From Alteromonadaceae bacterium (lineage in GTDB: Bacteria > Pseudomonadota > Gammaproteobacteria > Enterobacterales > Alteromonadaceae), in NCBI GenBank assembly GCA_013216015.1, contig JABSOI010000019.1, positions 42,316 through 106,315 of the forward strand: a DNA stretch of 64,000 bases. The letters are read 5' to 3'. Position numbers and translations under genes: made by a program. This document shows positions 10,338 through 19,343 of this stretch, in pieces (the stretch's first letter is position 1; each line of letters starts with the position of its first letter). The notes beneath the pieces were generated by a model. The model made no database searches. It was given only the letters and a program-made list of their open reading frames with translations, and was not told where the DNA came from.

Positions 10338-11507
10338 ATGATAACCGCACAAAATATGAAGAGTAAAAAGGCTTTTTTAATCGTCACTTCAATATTAATG
10401 TCTTTAACATTTTATGCCTGGCTGGCATTGCTCAATAATTTTGCTATTGAAAAAGTGGCATTTACCGGTGTAGAAATAGGAATGCTGCAAAGTTTACGTG
10501 AAGTGCCGGGGTTTTTGGCTTTTACAGCAATATTTTTATTATTGGTAGTGAGTGAGCAAACACTTGCATTAATATCGTTATGTATATTGAGTATTGGTGT
10601 TGCATTGACTGGATTGTTTCCTTTTGAAATTGGTTTATATGCGACAACAGTCTTGATGTCTGTCGGCTATCATTATTTTGAAACGATAAATACTTCGTTA
10701 TCTTTACAATGGTTATCTAAGGCTGAGGCTCCTAAAGTACTTGGGCAATTAATTTCAGTTAAATCAATGGCTGCATTATTTAGCTATGCAATGATATGGC
10801 TCTTTTTCTCAATACTAATGGTTGATTTTTCTACCGTATATTTATTTTTCGGTTTACTTGGTTTTTTATTGTTTTTGTGGCTGAAGTATAATTTTCCTCA
10901 ATTTGAAAACCCGGTAGAACAACACAAAAAACTGATACTTAGAAAGAAATATTGGTTGTATTATTTTCTGACGTTTTTAAGTGGTGCACGTAGGCAAATA
11001 TTTATGGTTTTTGCTGGCTTTATGATGGTGGAAAAATTCAATTATGATGTTTCTGATATTGCATTGCTTTATATCGCAAACCATTTACTTAATCTTTATA
11101 TTGCCCCCAAAGTTGGTAGTTGGATTGCCAGAGTAGGAGAACGTAAAGCACTTACCGTGGAATATTGTGGATTAATTTTGGTGTTTGTTGGTTATGCTGT
11201 GGTTGAAAATCCTGATATTGCCGCAGGTCTTTATATTATTGATCATGCATTTTTTGCTATGGCTATAGCAATTAAGACCTTCTTTCAAAAAATAGCAGAT
11301 CCAAAAGATATTGCGTCCACTGCAGGTGTTAGTTTTACCATTAATCATATTGCGGCGGTTATTATTCCTGCATTATTTGGTGTTCTTTGGATGGTTAATC
11401 CTTCTGCGGTATTTTATATCGGTGCAGCTATGGCAAGTATTTCATTATTATTAGCGCAAAAAATAGATCAGGAATTAAAGTTACATTACTCTGGAGATAA
11501 TGGATAA
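10338..11507 (+). CDS. MFS-type membrane transporter
   Basis: 389 aa with ~12 hydrophobic helices. Confidence 0.65.
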   Translation: MITAQNMKSKKAFLIVTSILMSLTFYAWLALLNNFAIEKVAFTGVEIGMLQSLREVPGFLAFTAIFLLLVVSEQTLALISLCILSIGVALTGLFPFEIGLYATTVLMSVGYHYFETINTSLSLQWLSKAEAPKVLGQLISVKSMAALFSYAMIWLFFSILMVDFSTVYLFFGLLGFLLFLWLKYNFPQFENPVEQHKKLILRKKYWLYYFLTFLSGARRQIFMVFAGFMMVEKFNYDVSDIALLYIANHLLNLYIAPKVGSWIARVGERKALTVEYCGLILVFVGYAVVENPDIAAGLYIIDHAFFAMAIAIKTFFQKIADPKDIASTAGVSFTINHIAAVIIPALFGVLWMVNPSAVFYIGAAMASISLLLAQKIDQELKLHYSGDNG

Positions 11508-11575
11508 CAAAGGCTTTTTATAATGCTTATTAGATAAAATCATATCAGCCTTTTTAAAGTCAAAATTTTACTGCA

Positions 11576-11677
11576 GGATGGGTTAGCCGCAGGCGTAACC
11601 AATAAAAACACCTGCTAATCATATGTTTACTGAGTGCTCACTAAATGTGATGGGTTACCCCGTTGGTTAACTCATCC
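11576..11677. repeat. R1 element (about 105 bp; both ends are hairpins GATGGGTTA…TAACCCATC)
   Basis: Near-identical copies at 19018-19129, 25945-26046 (degenerate) and 39939-40050. Confidence 0.7.
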
Positions 11678-11879
11678 AATTTTTATAGCTACAGTTAACT
11701 TGGAAATAGCCAATGATATTAAGAACTAGCTGTTAAAGTGCGCAACTGCTAGTTGTTGAAGTGCGTAACTGCTAGTTATTGAAAATATAATTAATGCATC
11801 CACTATCAAACGGTAACAATAACCACTGGCGAGATTTTTCTCTATTGGCTATTGTCAGTACCGCTAAAAAATAATTTAA

Positions 11880-13286
11880 TTAATCAACCTCAAGTAATTC
11901 ATTAATCTTAAAATATCCACCTTGGCCAAATTCAGCTGAAAGCTCTTGGTTTACCTTGTTGCTGGTGCCACTTGGCAGGTCATGGTTACTAACTATGCCA
12001 GCAACTAACCATTGATTAAGTTGTCGTGATATTTTAACTTCATTGTTTGCTGTTGTGATGAGTTTTTGCTGATAGTTATCAACTTCATTGAGGATTAATT
12101 CAATAACTTTTTCCCGACCCTTTACGTATAACATCTGTTTTAACTCATTGTTACTTTTTAACAATAATGGATCTTTATTTAATTCTATCTGTTGATGAGC
12201 AGCATGACTTTTATCACTATATTTAACTTGTAAGTGGTGTTCACGGGTGAAGTTAGCAAGGTCACCCTTTTGAACCGTATATGTTAGGCTTGATTTTGCT
12301 AATTGATTTACTGTTTTTACAGAATATTGATATTCAGTAAAAATGGGAACGTCAGCTAATTCAGGTGTATGCTGGGAAATATCAAATAAATTATCTAAGT
12401 TGCGCTCTTGTTTTTTGATTTTCTTTTGGGTTTTTAACAGTTGCTTTTCAGTTTTAGATCTAATTAATCGTTGTTTTGATATTTGAATGTGCAAATTTGA
12501 GATTTGTTTTTTTAAAGCTTTAAATTCAGAAGAGCCAGCACTGGTTTTCTCTAAATTTAATTGAGCAATTTCTTGATCTTTTTTTAACAGTAACAGTTCC
12601 TGATATTCTGCGTTGTCTAATTGCTCAAACTCCCATAACTGACTTCTTAATTCTTTTATATATGTTCTTTGGTCGATAATGTCGTGCTGTATTTCCTGAT
12701 ATTGAGGATTAACAATTGTATCGTATCCGCTGATATATTCTGCGCTTTGTCGGTCTTTATGTGTTTGAGTGGAAAGGTCAACTTTTGCTATTGAGAAAGC
12801 TAAAAAAATCTCATTCATTTTGTCTGTGTTAAGTGTATTGATGAATTTAACTTTATCTAATCTATGCCCGAACGTTTGGTTTAATTGAGGTTGGGCTATT
12901 GCTAACTTTATTTTTAAGCCAAAATCTTTAAGGTTCTGTTGATAAAGTTCCCTTTGTTTCTGTCTATAAAAACTGGTTTGACGATGTTTAGCTAGTTTTG
13001 AATAAAGAATTTGTGCTTTTGCGAAGTCATTATTTTGTTCTGCTTTTATTGCGCTACGCTCTACTTTATCTAACCAACCTTCGAATAAAATTTTTGTTTG
13101 CTCGAATTTTTGTTGTGTTTCCACGTTGTCAGGCTTTTCATTCATGGCGCGTTGGTATTTTTCAAAAGCGTGTTGATACTGACCTTGTGTTAAATAATCA
13201 TCTCCGGCATTTATTAACCGTTTATGGGTACAGCCTGAAGATAATACAGTTAAAAAAACAAGTATTGATAATAATATTATGCGCAT
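11880..13286 (-). CDS. Lipoprotein, coiled-coil/TPR-like, unknown function
   Basis: Signal peptide plus lipobox (LSSGC). K/Q/E-rich helical sequence. Confidence 0.5.
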   Translation of the reverse strand: MRIILLSILVFLTVLSSGCTHKRLINAGDDYLTQGQYQHAFEKYQRAMNEKPDNVETQQKFEQTKILFEGWLDKVERSAIKAEQNNDFAKAQILYSKLAKHRQTSFYRQKQRELYQQNLKDFGLKIKLAIAQPQLNQTFGHRLDKVKFINTLNTDKMNEIFLAFSIAKVDLSTQTHKDRQSAEYISGYDTIVNPQYQEIQHDIIDQRTYIKELRSQLWEFEQLDNAEYQELLLLKKDQEIAQLNLEKTSAGSSEFKALKKQISNLHIQISKQRLIRSKTEKQLLKTQKKIKKQERNLDNLFDISQHTPELADVPIFTEYQYSVKTVNQLAKSSLTYTVQKGDLANFTREHHLQVKYSDKSHAAHQQIELNKDPLLLKSNNELKQMLYVKGREKVIELILNEVDNYQQKLITTANNEVKISRQLNQWLVAGIVSNHDLPSGTSNKVNQELSAEFGQGGYFKINELLEVD

Positions 13287-13602
13287 GAAGATTTCCTGAT
13301 TGCTTTGATATCTTTAAAAATTAGCACAAGTGTAATACCTGAAAGCTGAATATGTGCTGAATAGTACGCTAATTTTAGCAGAGGAAAAATATCTATGCAC
13401 CGTTTTGTGATTGATTATTAATGTTTTTTTTATTTCTGATGGATATTTAATTTATTTTTCGATGGAGAATTAATTAGTGGGATTGGTATTAGTGCTATTT
13501 TTTGTATTTAAACAAATAAAAACGACTTGAAATGTGTTATCAAGTCGCTTGACTATAAGTGATTTTTATCACGTTAAAAATGACTTAATACGTCTTTTAA
13601 CG

Positions 13603-14619
13603 TTACTGAAATTGAATCGGTGCTAATTTAATGGTTTGATTTTTCGGAGTTTTATTGTTAACGGTATTCGCATTAAGAAAATCATAGATATTAGCGGTAA
13701 CATCCGGATGAGACATAAATAAGTTATGCCCGGCCCCTTCAATCGTTATTACCTGTCTGTTGGAGAAATTTTTCGTCAGCTCCATTTGGCTCTGGTATAG
13801 CGTACGACCGTCAAGCGTACCAGCTAAAAATAATGTCGGAATGTCGGTAACAACTTCCTCGCGAAATTCATCTCCTAAATCTTTTACGGGAATAACATGG
13901 TTAATGTCTGGAAAAGGGAAATTGGTAGTGCGACCAACCAGCGATGTTTTTGCCTCTTGTTGAACAAGCTTCCAGCGTTCTGCCGATATACCTGAGGCGC
14001 TGTCCATAGCAATGCCCATTGGGTTGTTGCTTGAAGACATTGATTTTATGTACGCAATATAGGATCCAATTTCAGCAAAATTTCCTTTATCCATATCATT
14101 GAACATTCTTGGCATTTGCTTTAAATATTCAGGATCTCTAAGAAATATATAACTTAACGCAAATTGCAGGTCTATTTTGCTAATACCCACAGTGATATCT
14201 TTTTTACGAAAACTTTTAGTTTTCACAATTTCTGGTTTAATTGAAACTTTGTCGAGTACGCGTTTCATCATACCGAGTAAATCAGGATATTTCTCAGCTG
14301 TGTCAGGGTCTTGTTTCAGCATAAGATCAACATTTTCCAATAAAGCCTGTACACGACCCGGACGTTTAATGGTGTGGTTTAAACCTTCTGAAGAAGCGAG
14401 CACCATTTTATTGATAATTGTCGGATGATATTTTGCTGTAGCAAAAGCTAAATGAGTTCCGTAACTTATGCCCCATAAGTTAACTTTGTCAACCCCTAGC
14501 GCCTTTGTCAGATCAACTAAATCCATCGCACTTTGTTTAGTATTATAACCATCTAGGTCGATACCCTGAGATTGCCATTGTTTTACACACTTTTTAATAT
14601 CATCGATGGTTGTCGTCAA
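13603..14619 (-). CDS. Alpha/beta-hydrolase-fold serine hydrolase (S33-like); N-terminus short/abutting repeat R4
   Basis: GISYG nucleophile elbow and C-terminal His (GAGHNLF). TTG start. The reading frame stays open upstream through R4. Confidence 0.6.
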   Translation of the reverse strand: MTTTIDDIKKCVKQWQSQGIDLDGYNTKQSAMDLVDLTKALGVDKVNLWGISYGTHLAFATAKYHPTIINKMVLASSEGLNHTIKRPGRVQALLENVDLMLKQDPDTAEKYPDLLGMMKRVLDKVSIKPEIVKTKSFRKKDITVGISKIDLQFALSYIFLRDPEYLKQMPRMFNDMDKGNFAEIGSYIAYIKSMSSSNNPMGIAMDSASGISAERWKLVQQEAKTSLVGRTTNFPFPDINHVIPVKDLGDEFREEVVTDIPTLFLAGTLDGRTLYQSQMELTKNFSNRQVITIEGAGHNLFMSHPDVTANIYDFLNANTVNNKTPKNQTIKLAPIQFQ

Positions 14620-14660
14620 TAATTTGCTTTCATCAGTAGGTAATGCGATATCTATTTTTG

Positions 14661-14752
14661 TTGTTTCATTATACCTAGGAAATCCCTCTTGGAGCCCTTT
14701 ATTAATAAGGGGTTCTTCTATGGAATATTTGCACCAGGTTAGATGATGGGGT
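14661..14752. repeat. R4 element (about 92 bp)
   Basis: Copies at 17062-17162, 56167-56256 (inverted) and 62687-62777. Confidence 0.7.
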
Positions 14753-15297
14753 TTTTGTTCTCTAAATAAGCGGTTCTATTTCCACAAAAAAATTATAAGT
14801 CATACGAAAAGAGTTTAAAAAACAACCAACATTTCAATAGACAGCTTTTGGCAAAATTATTATCCTTAAACCGTCATTATGAAGGTTGGAGTTATACAAC
14901 TGTACTTTTGACATTGAGTTGTGTACTAGTTTGGAGGGAATGGATGAATGGGACAGCTGTTACCCTCTAACTTTTTTAAAATATTTTTACATTTTAAAAA
15001 AGAGCTCTTGGATAAAAAAGATGAAGTTAATCTACTTATTTTTAATGCCCACAAACAGACATTTGAAACACTTTAAACATGTTTAGCAATGGGATGCATT
15101 TTTAACTTATATACCCTTTAAAATCGCTCTCAGAGACTTCTATGTTAGAAGGTTTTATATTTTATATCTTTTATATATATAACTTGTTTATTATTGTTAT
15201 TCTCGATCAACTATTTATAAAACAGTTATTTAAATCTAATAGTATTACCGTTATAGTGAAATTGCTCTCAGTCGGTTGTACAAACAAGGATAGTTAG

Positions 15298-16089
15298 ATG
15301 AAAAATAAAGAAAAAATAGCATTGTTTATAGACGCAGATAATGCACCTGCCTCCAAAATAGATATCATATTATATGAATTAGCATGATATTTTGTCGTTA
15401 ATATTCGTATAGCTTATGGTAATTGGAAAAACCCATGCATTAAGCCTTGGGAAGATGTTCTTCATGACTTTGCTATCCAACCTATTCAGCAATTTGACCT
15501 AACTAAAGGTAAAAATGCTACCGATATAGCTTTAGTGATTGATGCTATGGACATTCTCTATACCAAAGATGTTGATACTATATGTCTTGTTTCCTCTGAT
15601 TGTGATTTTACTCCCCTAGTAACACGCGCTCTTGCCGATGGAAAGTTTGTAATTGGCTTTGGTGAGCGAAAAGCGCCATCAGCCTTCGTGAATAGCTGTT
15701 CAACGTTTCTCTATTTAGATGAGATTGAAACAGAAAAAAAAATAGTTAATAAAAAAGAGGCAAGTATTAAGTGTGATACAAAATTAATAAATATGTTACG
15801 CCAAGCAGTCGAATCAGCGGAAGAAGATGATGGATGGGCAGCACTTGGATCTGTAGGTACTCATATTGCTAACCATGCTTCATTTGACCCCAGAAACTAT
15901 GGCTTTAAGAAATTAAGTGATTTATTTACGGCTATTGATTTGTTTGAGTTAAAACGAAGTAACTCAAAAATCACCTGGGTAAGGGATAGAAAAAAGGCAA
16001 AGCAAAAGGAGGTATCTATACCCATCACCATTCAAAATGCAGGTTTTGATTCGTTTAAAAAACATATTTACTGCGTTGCTGAATCTTAA
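15298..16089 (+). pseudogene. NYN (LabA-like) ribonuclease domain plus OST-HTH/LOTUS domain protein, interrupted by in-frame TGA at 15385-15387
   Basis: MKNKEKIALFIDADNAPASKIDIILYELA*YFVVNIRIAYGNWKN…KGKNATDIALVIDAMDIL…LVSSDCDFTPLV. C-terminal LOTUS-like segment. Same frame before and after the stop. Confidence 0.6.
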
Positions 16090-16136
16090 ATAAGAATAAC
16101 TTATCCGGCGAATCAGCGTCTTGTAACTATGCTTTT

Positions 16137-16177
16137 TAATTCACCTCAAATTCCCGCATTTTGAAAGGTAACGGGTA
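16137..16177. repeat. 5'-truncated fragment of MITE R3 (right TIR end)
   Basis: aattcacctcaaattcccgcat…acgggta matches the right end of the full R3 copies. Confidence 0.6.
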
Positions 16178-16384
16178 TAAATAATGATTTATGGTGTTGA
16201 TGTAAATGTAATTGGGGTCTAACTACAACGGGTCTGGTCGTAATAGGGGTTCCACCCAGATCGCCGCAAAATGTATCAAAGTCAACTGTAAGTCATATAT
16301 AATAATGCCTGTAGAGGCGACTAATATTTACCCTGCGTAAATTCCCCGTTAAATTAGCTTAAAATAGCCAAAAAAATATTTAAT

Positions 16385-17060
16385 TTACGAAGCTAAATTA
16401 ATTTTTTCAATTTCTGATTGTATATCCCAATGTTCATCATTATCTGATAAGTCATAATACCCATTTAAAATGACATTTTCCCAAGAGGCTGGGGATACAG
16501 ACTGGAGTTGTATTATTTGTTCATCAGCACCAATATCCAGGCAGTAAGATTTAAACGATGCCATGATAAAGGCATTCAGATTGACATGGCCACCTATGGT
16601 ACAGGGATATCTCCTGATCTTATTCCTGCTGCTAAATTCTCTAATATTTGTACGTACTTGTGAAACCCAGAATATCGCCTGCAAAGTAAATCCATCTCCG
16701 CTTCAGAAGTCGAATCCATTAGCGCTTTAAATTTTGGCATATAAGAAGTCAAGCCTGTTAAAATTTCTAGTTCGTCACTACCATGCTTAAGGAACCTGAT
16801 CACTTTTTTATGAATTCTCTCAGCTAAACGTACATGCTCAGGTTTTAGTTGTTGAACGATAGAATTTTCATGAGACGGTTTAATTTTCCCTGAAATGACT
16901 GAGTCAACTAGCTCAATTTCGTCCATTGCTATTATTTTGTCGATAGTATTGTGTTCTATACTTCTAACTAACTTTAAGATTTTCTCGCCATTTGTTTTAA
17001 GCTTTGGTAATTGTCCTATTAATCTATTAACTTCCTGTTCTTCGTTTGCTGATATTTTAT
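16385..17060 (-). pseudogene. Hypothetical protein gene with internal frameshift (two overlapping ORFs 16594-16926 and 16385-16684); frame stays open upstream through R4
   Basis: The two ORFs overlap in different frames. The junction lies near …GIRSGDIPVP / TIGGHVNLN…. Confidence 0.4.
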
Positions 17061-17061
17061 T

Positions 17062-17162
17062 ATACCTAGGGAATTCCTCCAGGAGCCCTTTGTAAATAAG
17101 AGGTACTTCTATGACATATTTGCACCAGGTTAGATGATGGGGTTTTTGTTCTTACACCTAGG
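17062..17162. repeat. R4 element
   Basis: Same family as 14661-14752. Confidence 0.7.
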
Positions 17163-17306
17163 AACCGGTGAAGAATATATTAAAACTAGAATGTCTGAAA
17201 GTTACGGTGCAAAATGGCAATATAAATCGCAATTGCAACAAGACGTATGGTTAACCTCTTTGGTGATACCTCGATTGGAAACTTAACACAATTGGTATAA
17301 TGCTTA

Positions 17307-18013
17307 ATGGATATTGTCATTGTTGAAGATGAACCTGTTATTGCTCAACGTTTGCAGCGGCAGGTAAAAGAAATATTGGTTGATCAGCAACCTAACATTA
17401 AATGGTTTGATAATTTTGATGATGCGCAGAGCTATTTGTTTGAACAGCCGTTGGACTTATTAATTCTGGATTTGAATTTGCACGGTGTTGATGGCTTCGA
17501 GTTATTGAAAACCGTGTCCGCAGAAAGCTTTCATACCATAATTGTTTCGGCCTACGCAGAAAAGGCAATAACAGCTTTTGAATATGGCGTGGTTGATTTT
17601 GTCGCTAAGCCATTTAATTTTGAAAGACTTCAGCAAGCGTTGTTAAGAGTAACGGGTAATGCACAAGAGTTCAGGCCCGGCAAAAGTGCTAAACAATTAA
17701 TGGTAAAAAATCTAAGGGTCTGGAAATTATTGCAGTTGAAGATGTCGAGTTCATAAAAGCTGATGGCCACTACACAGAATTACACATGGTCGATAAATCT
17801 ATTCATTTACATGACAAGGCAATAGATAAAATTGCTAAAATATTACCTTCGCAATTTGTAAGGATCCACCGTTCATATATTGCTAATCTTGAGCGCGCAA
17901 ACTCAATAAGTACAGCTTCAGGTGGCAGTTATCACTTAGTTTTGAGTAGTGAAGAGGCAATTCCTATTAGTCGGAGTCGTTACCAGCAAATAAGAGATAC
18001 AATTGGTTTTTAA
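17307..18013 (+). pseudogene. LytTR-family response regulator (REC plus LytTR) with -1 frameshift in an A6 run (~17704-17709)
   Basis: Frame 0 gives the REC domain (MDIVIVEDEP…DLNLHG…). Frame 2 from 17693 gives …GKKSKGLEIIAVEDVEFIKADGHYTELHMVDKS…FVRIHRSYIANL (LytTR). Restoring A7 yields one continuous ORF. Confidence 0.7.
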
Positions 18014-18080
18014 TGTGAATGTGAATTTTAACGTTAATGTTAGGGTGCAAATAGGGAATTGATGATAACACAGGTCTACA

Positions 18081-18935
18081 ATGTCAAATGATGATGCATT
18101 GCTTGCACATTACCGCCATGGAAATTTATTAGAAGCAATAGAGTCTTCTTTTAAAAAAACGGGTAAAAAAACGGGGCGAAAAATAGGAGCAAAAGTCAGT
18201 GATATTACTATCGATGATTTGTCTGCTGTAGATGAGTTTCATCTTGGTGGTCGTGAAGCTACTAAAAATATACTAAAACACGTTGAATTTTCTAATCAAG
18301 CTGACATTCTGGATATTGGTTGTGGTTTGGGGGGCGTTTCAAGGTTTATTGCAGATCATTACCGGCAATCAGTTACAGGTATAGATCTTAGTGCTGAATA
18401 TATTGAAACTGGTAATGTTTTGAGTCATTGGGTTGGTCTTGAGCAACAAGTTAACCTCCTGCAAGGAAATGTGCAGTCAATGCCTTTTCCGGATGAAACA
18501 TTCGGTGGCGCTGTAATGTTTCATGTTGGAATGAATATAGCGGATAAAACTAAACTTTTTAATGAAATTTACCGGGTATTACGTTCAGGATCATTTATTG
18601 TCATTTACGACATTATGTTAATTGGCGCCGACAAATTGAGTTATCCCGTTCCGTGGGCAACAAATGCTGAAACAAGTTTCTTAGCTACAACTTGTCAATA
18701 TAAAGAAGAGTTAACCAGTACAGGTTTTACGGTATCGTTGGAAAATAACCTTCGTGACTTTGCGCTTTCAGTTTTTGAAAAGCAACGTCGGGTATTGAAA
18801 GAAAATGGAGGATTGCCAGCAATTGGCCTTCATACTTTGATAGGCGAAAGTGCGCCAATAAAATTCCAAAATATGGTTAAAGGCATCAGCCAAGGTTGTA
18901 TTGCACCTGTTGAAATTATTGCTAAAAAGCTATGA
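18081..18935 (+). CDS. Class I SAM-dependent methyltransferase
   Basis: Motif I ILDIGCGLGG. Post-I acidic residue. Confidence 0.7.
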   Translation: MSNDDALLAHYRHGNLLEAIESSFKKTGKKTGRKIGAKVSDITIDDLSAVDEFHLGGREATKNILKHVEFSNQADILDIGCGLGGVSRFIADHYRQSVTGIDLSAEYIETGNVLSHWVGLEQQVNLLQGNVQSMPFPDETFGGAVMFHVGMNIADKTKLFNEIYRVLRSGSFIVIYDIMLIGADKLSYPVPWATNAETSFLATTCQYKEELTSTGFTVSLENNLRDFALSVFEKQRRVLKENGGLPAIGLHTLIGESAPIKFQNMVKGISQGCIAPVEIIAKKL

Positions 18936-19017
18936 AGTTTAATTGGTTTGGCTATGTACCAGTTAAGTGTGGCTACGACCATAATCCATTGTTTTATTCA
19001 TATTTATTTTTCAGCGC

Positions 19018-19129
19018 GTAGGATGGGTTAGCCGAAGGCGTAACCCATCAAACTACAGATTTTACCTGCGTAATTAAACAGTTGGCTGCCGTTAAATGAT
19101 GGGTTACGCCGTGGGCTAACCCATCCTAC
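19018..19129. repeat. R1 element
   Basis: TIR hairpins GGATGGGTTAGCCGAAGGCGTAACCCATC / GATGGGTTACGCCGTGGGCTAACCCATCC. Confidence 0.7.
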
Positions 19130-19134
19130 AACTG

Positions 19135-19282
19135 TTGCTGACTCATTAAGTTGTTATTTTTCAAACTTGTAGTTCGCACATTTATGTGCGCCTTAAAGTA
19201 ATGCGTGGATAAATCCACGTTCTACCCATTGATCGAATAAATTTACATGGATGTACTCTTCTCGGTGTTTAAATTTTAACAG
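19135..19282. repeat. R2 element (about 145 bp; palindromes GCGCACATTTATGTGCGC and CGTGGATAAATCCACG)
   Basis: Copies at 39729-39876 and 40067-40214. Here it lies directly 3' of R1. Confidence 0.7.
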
Positions 19283-19343
19283 CAACACTTAATCAGTACA
19301 TAGCCAATTGCTTTAGTTACTTAGATCCAACTAATAAGTGCAA

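Noticed and set aside
16190-16270. tRNA-like or tmRNA-like 3' fragment (GGTTCC…)
   Set aside because: No acceptor stem, anticodon arm or CCA context could be folded. It is retained only as a low-interest oddity.
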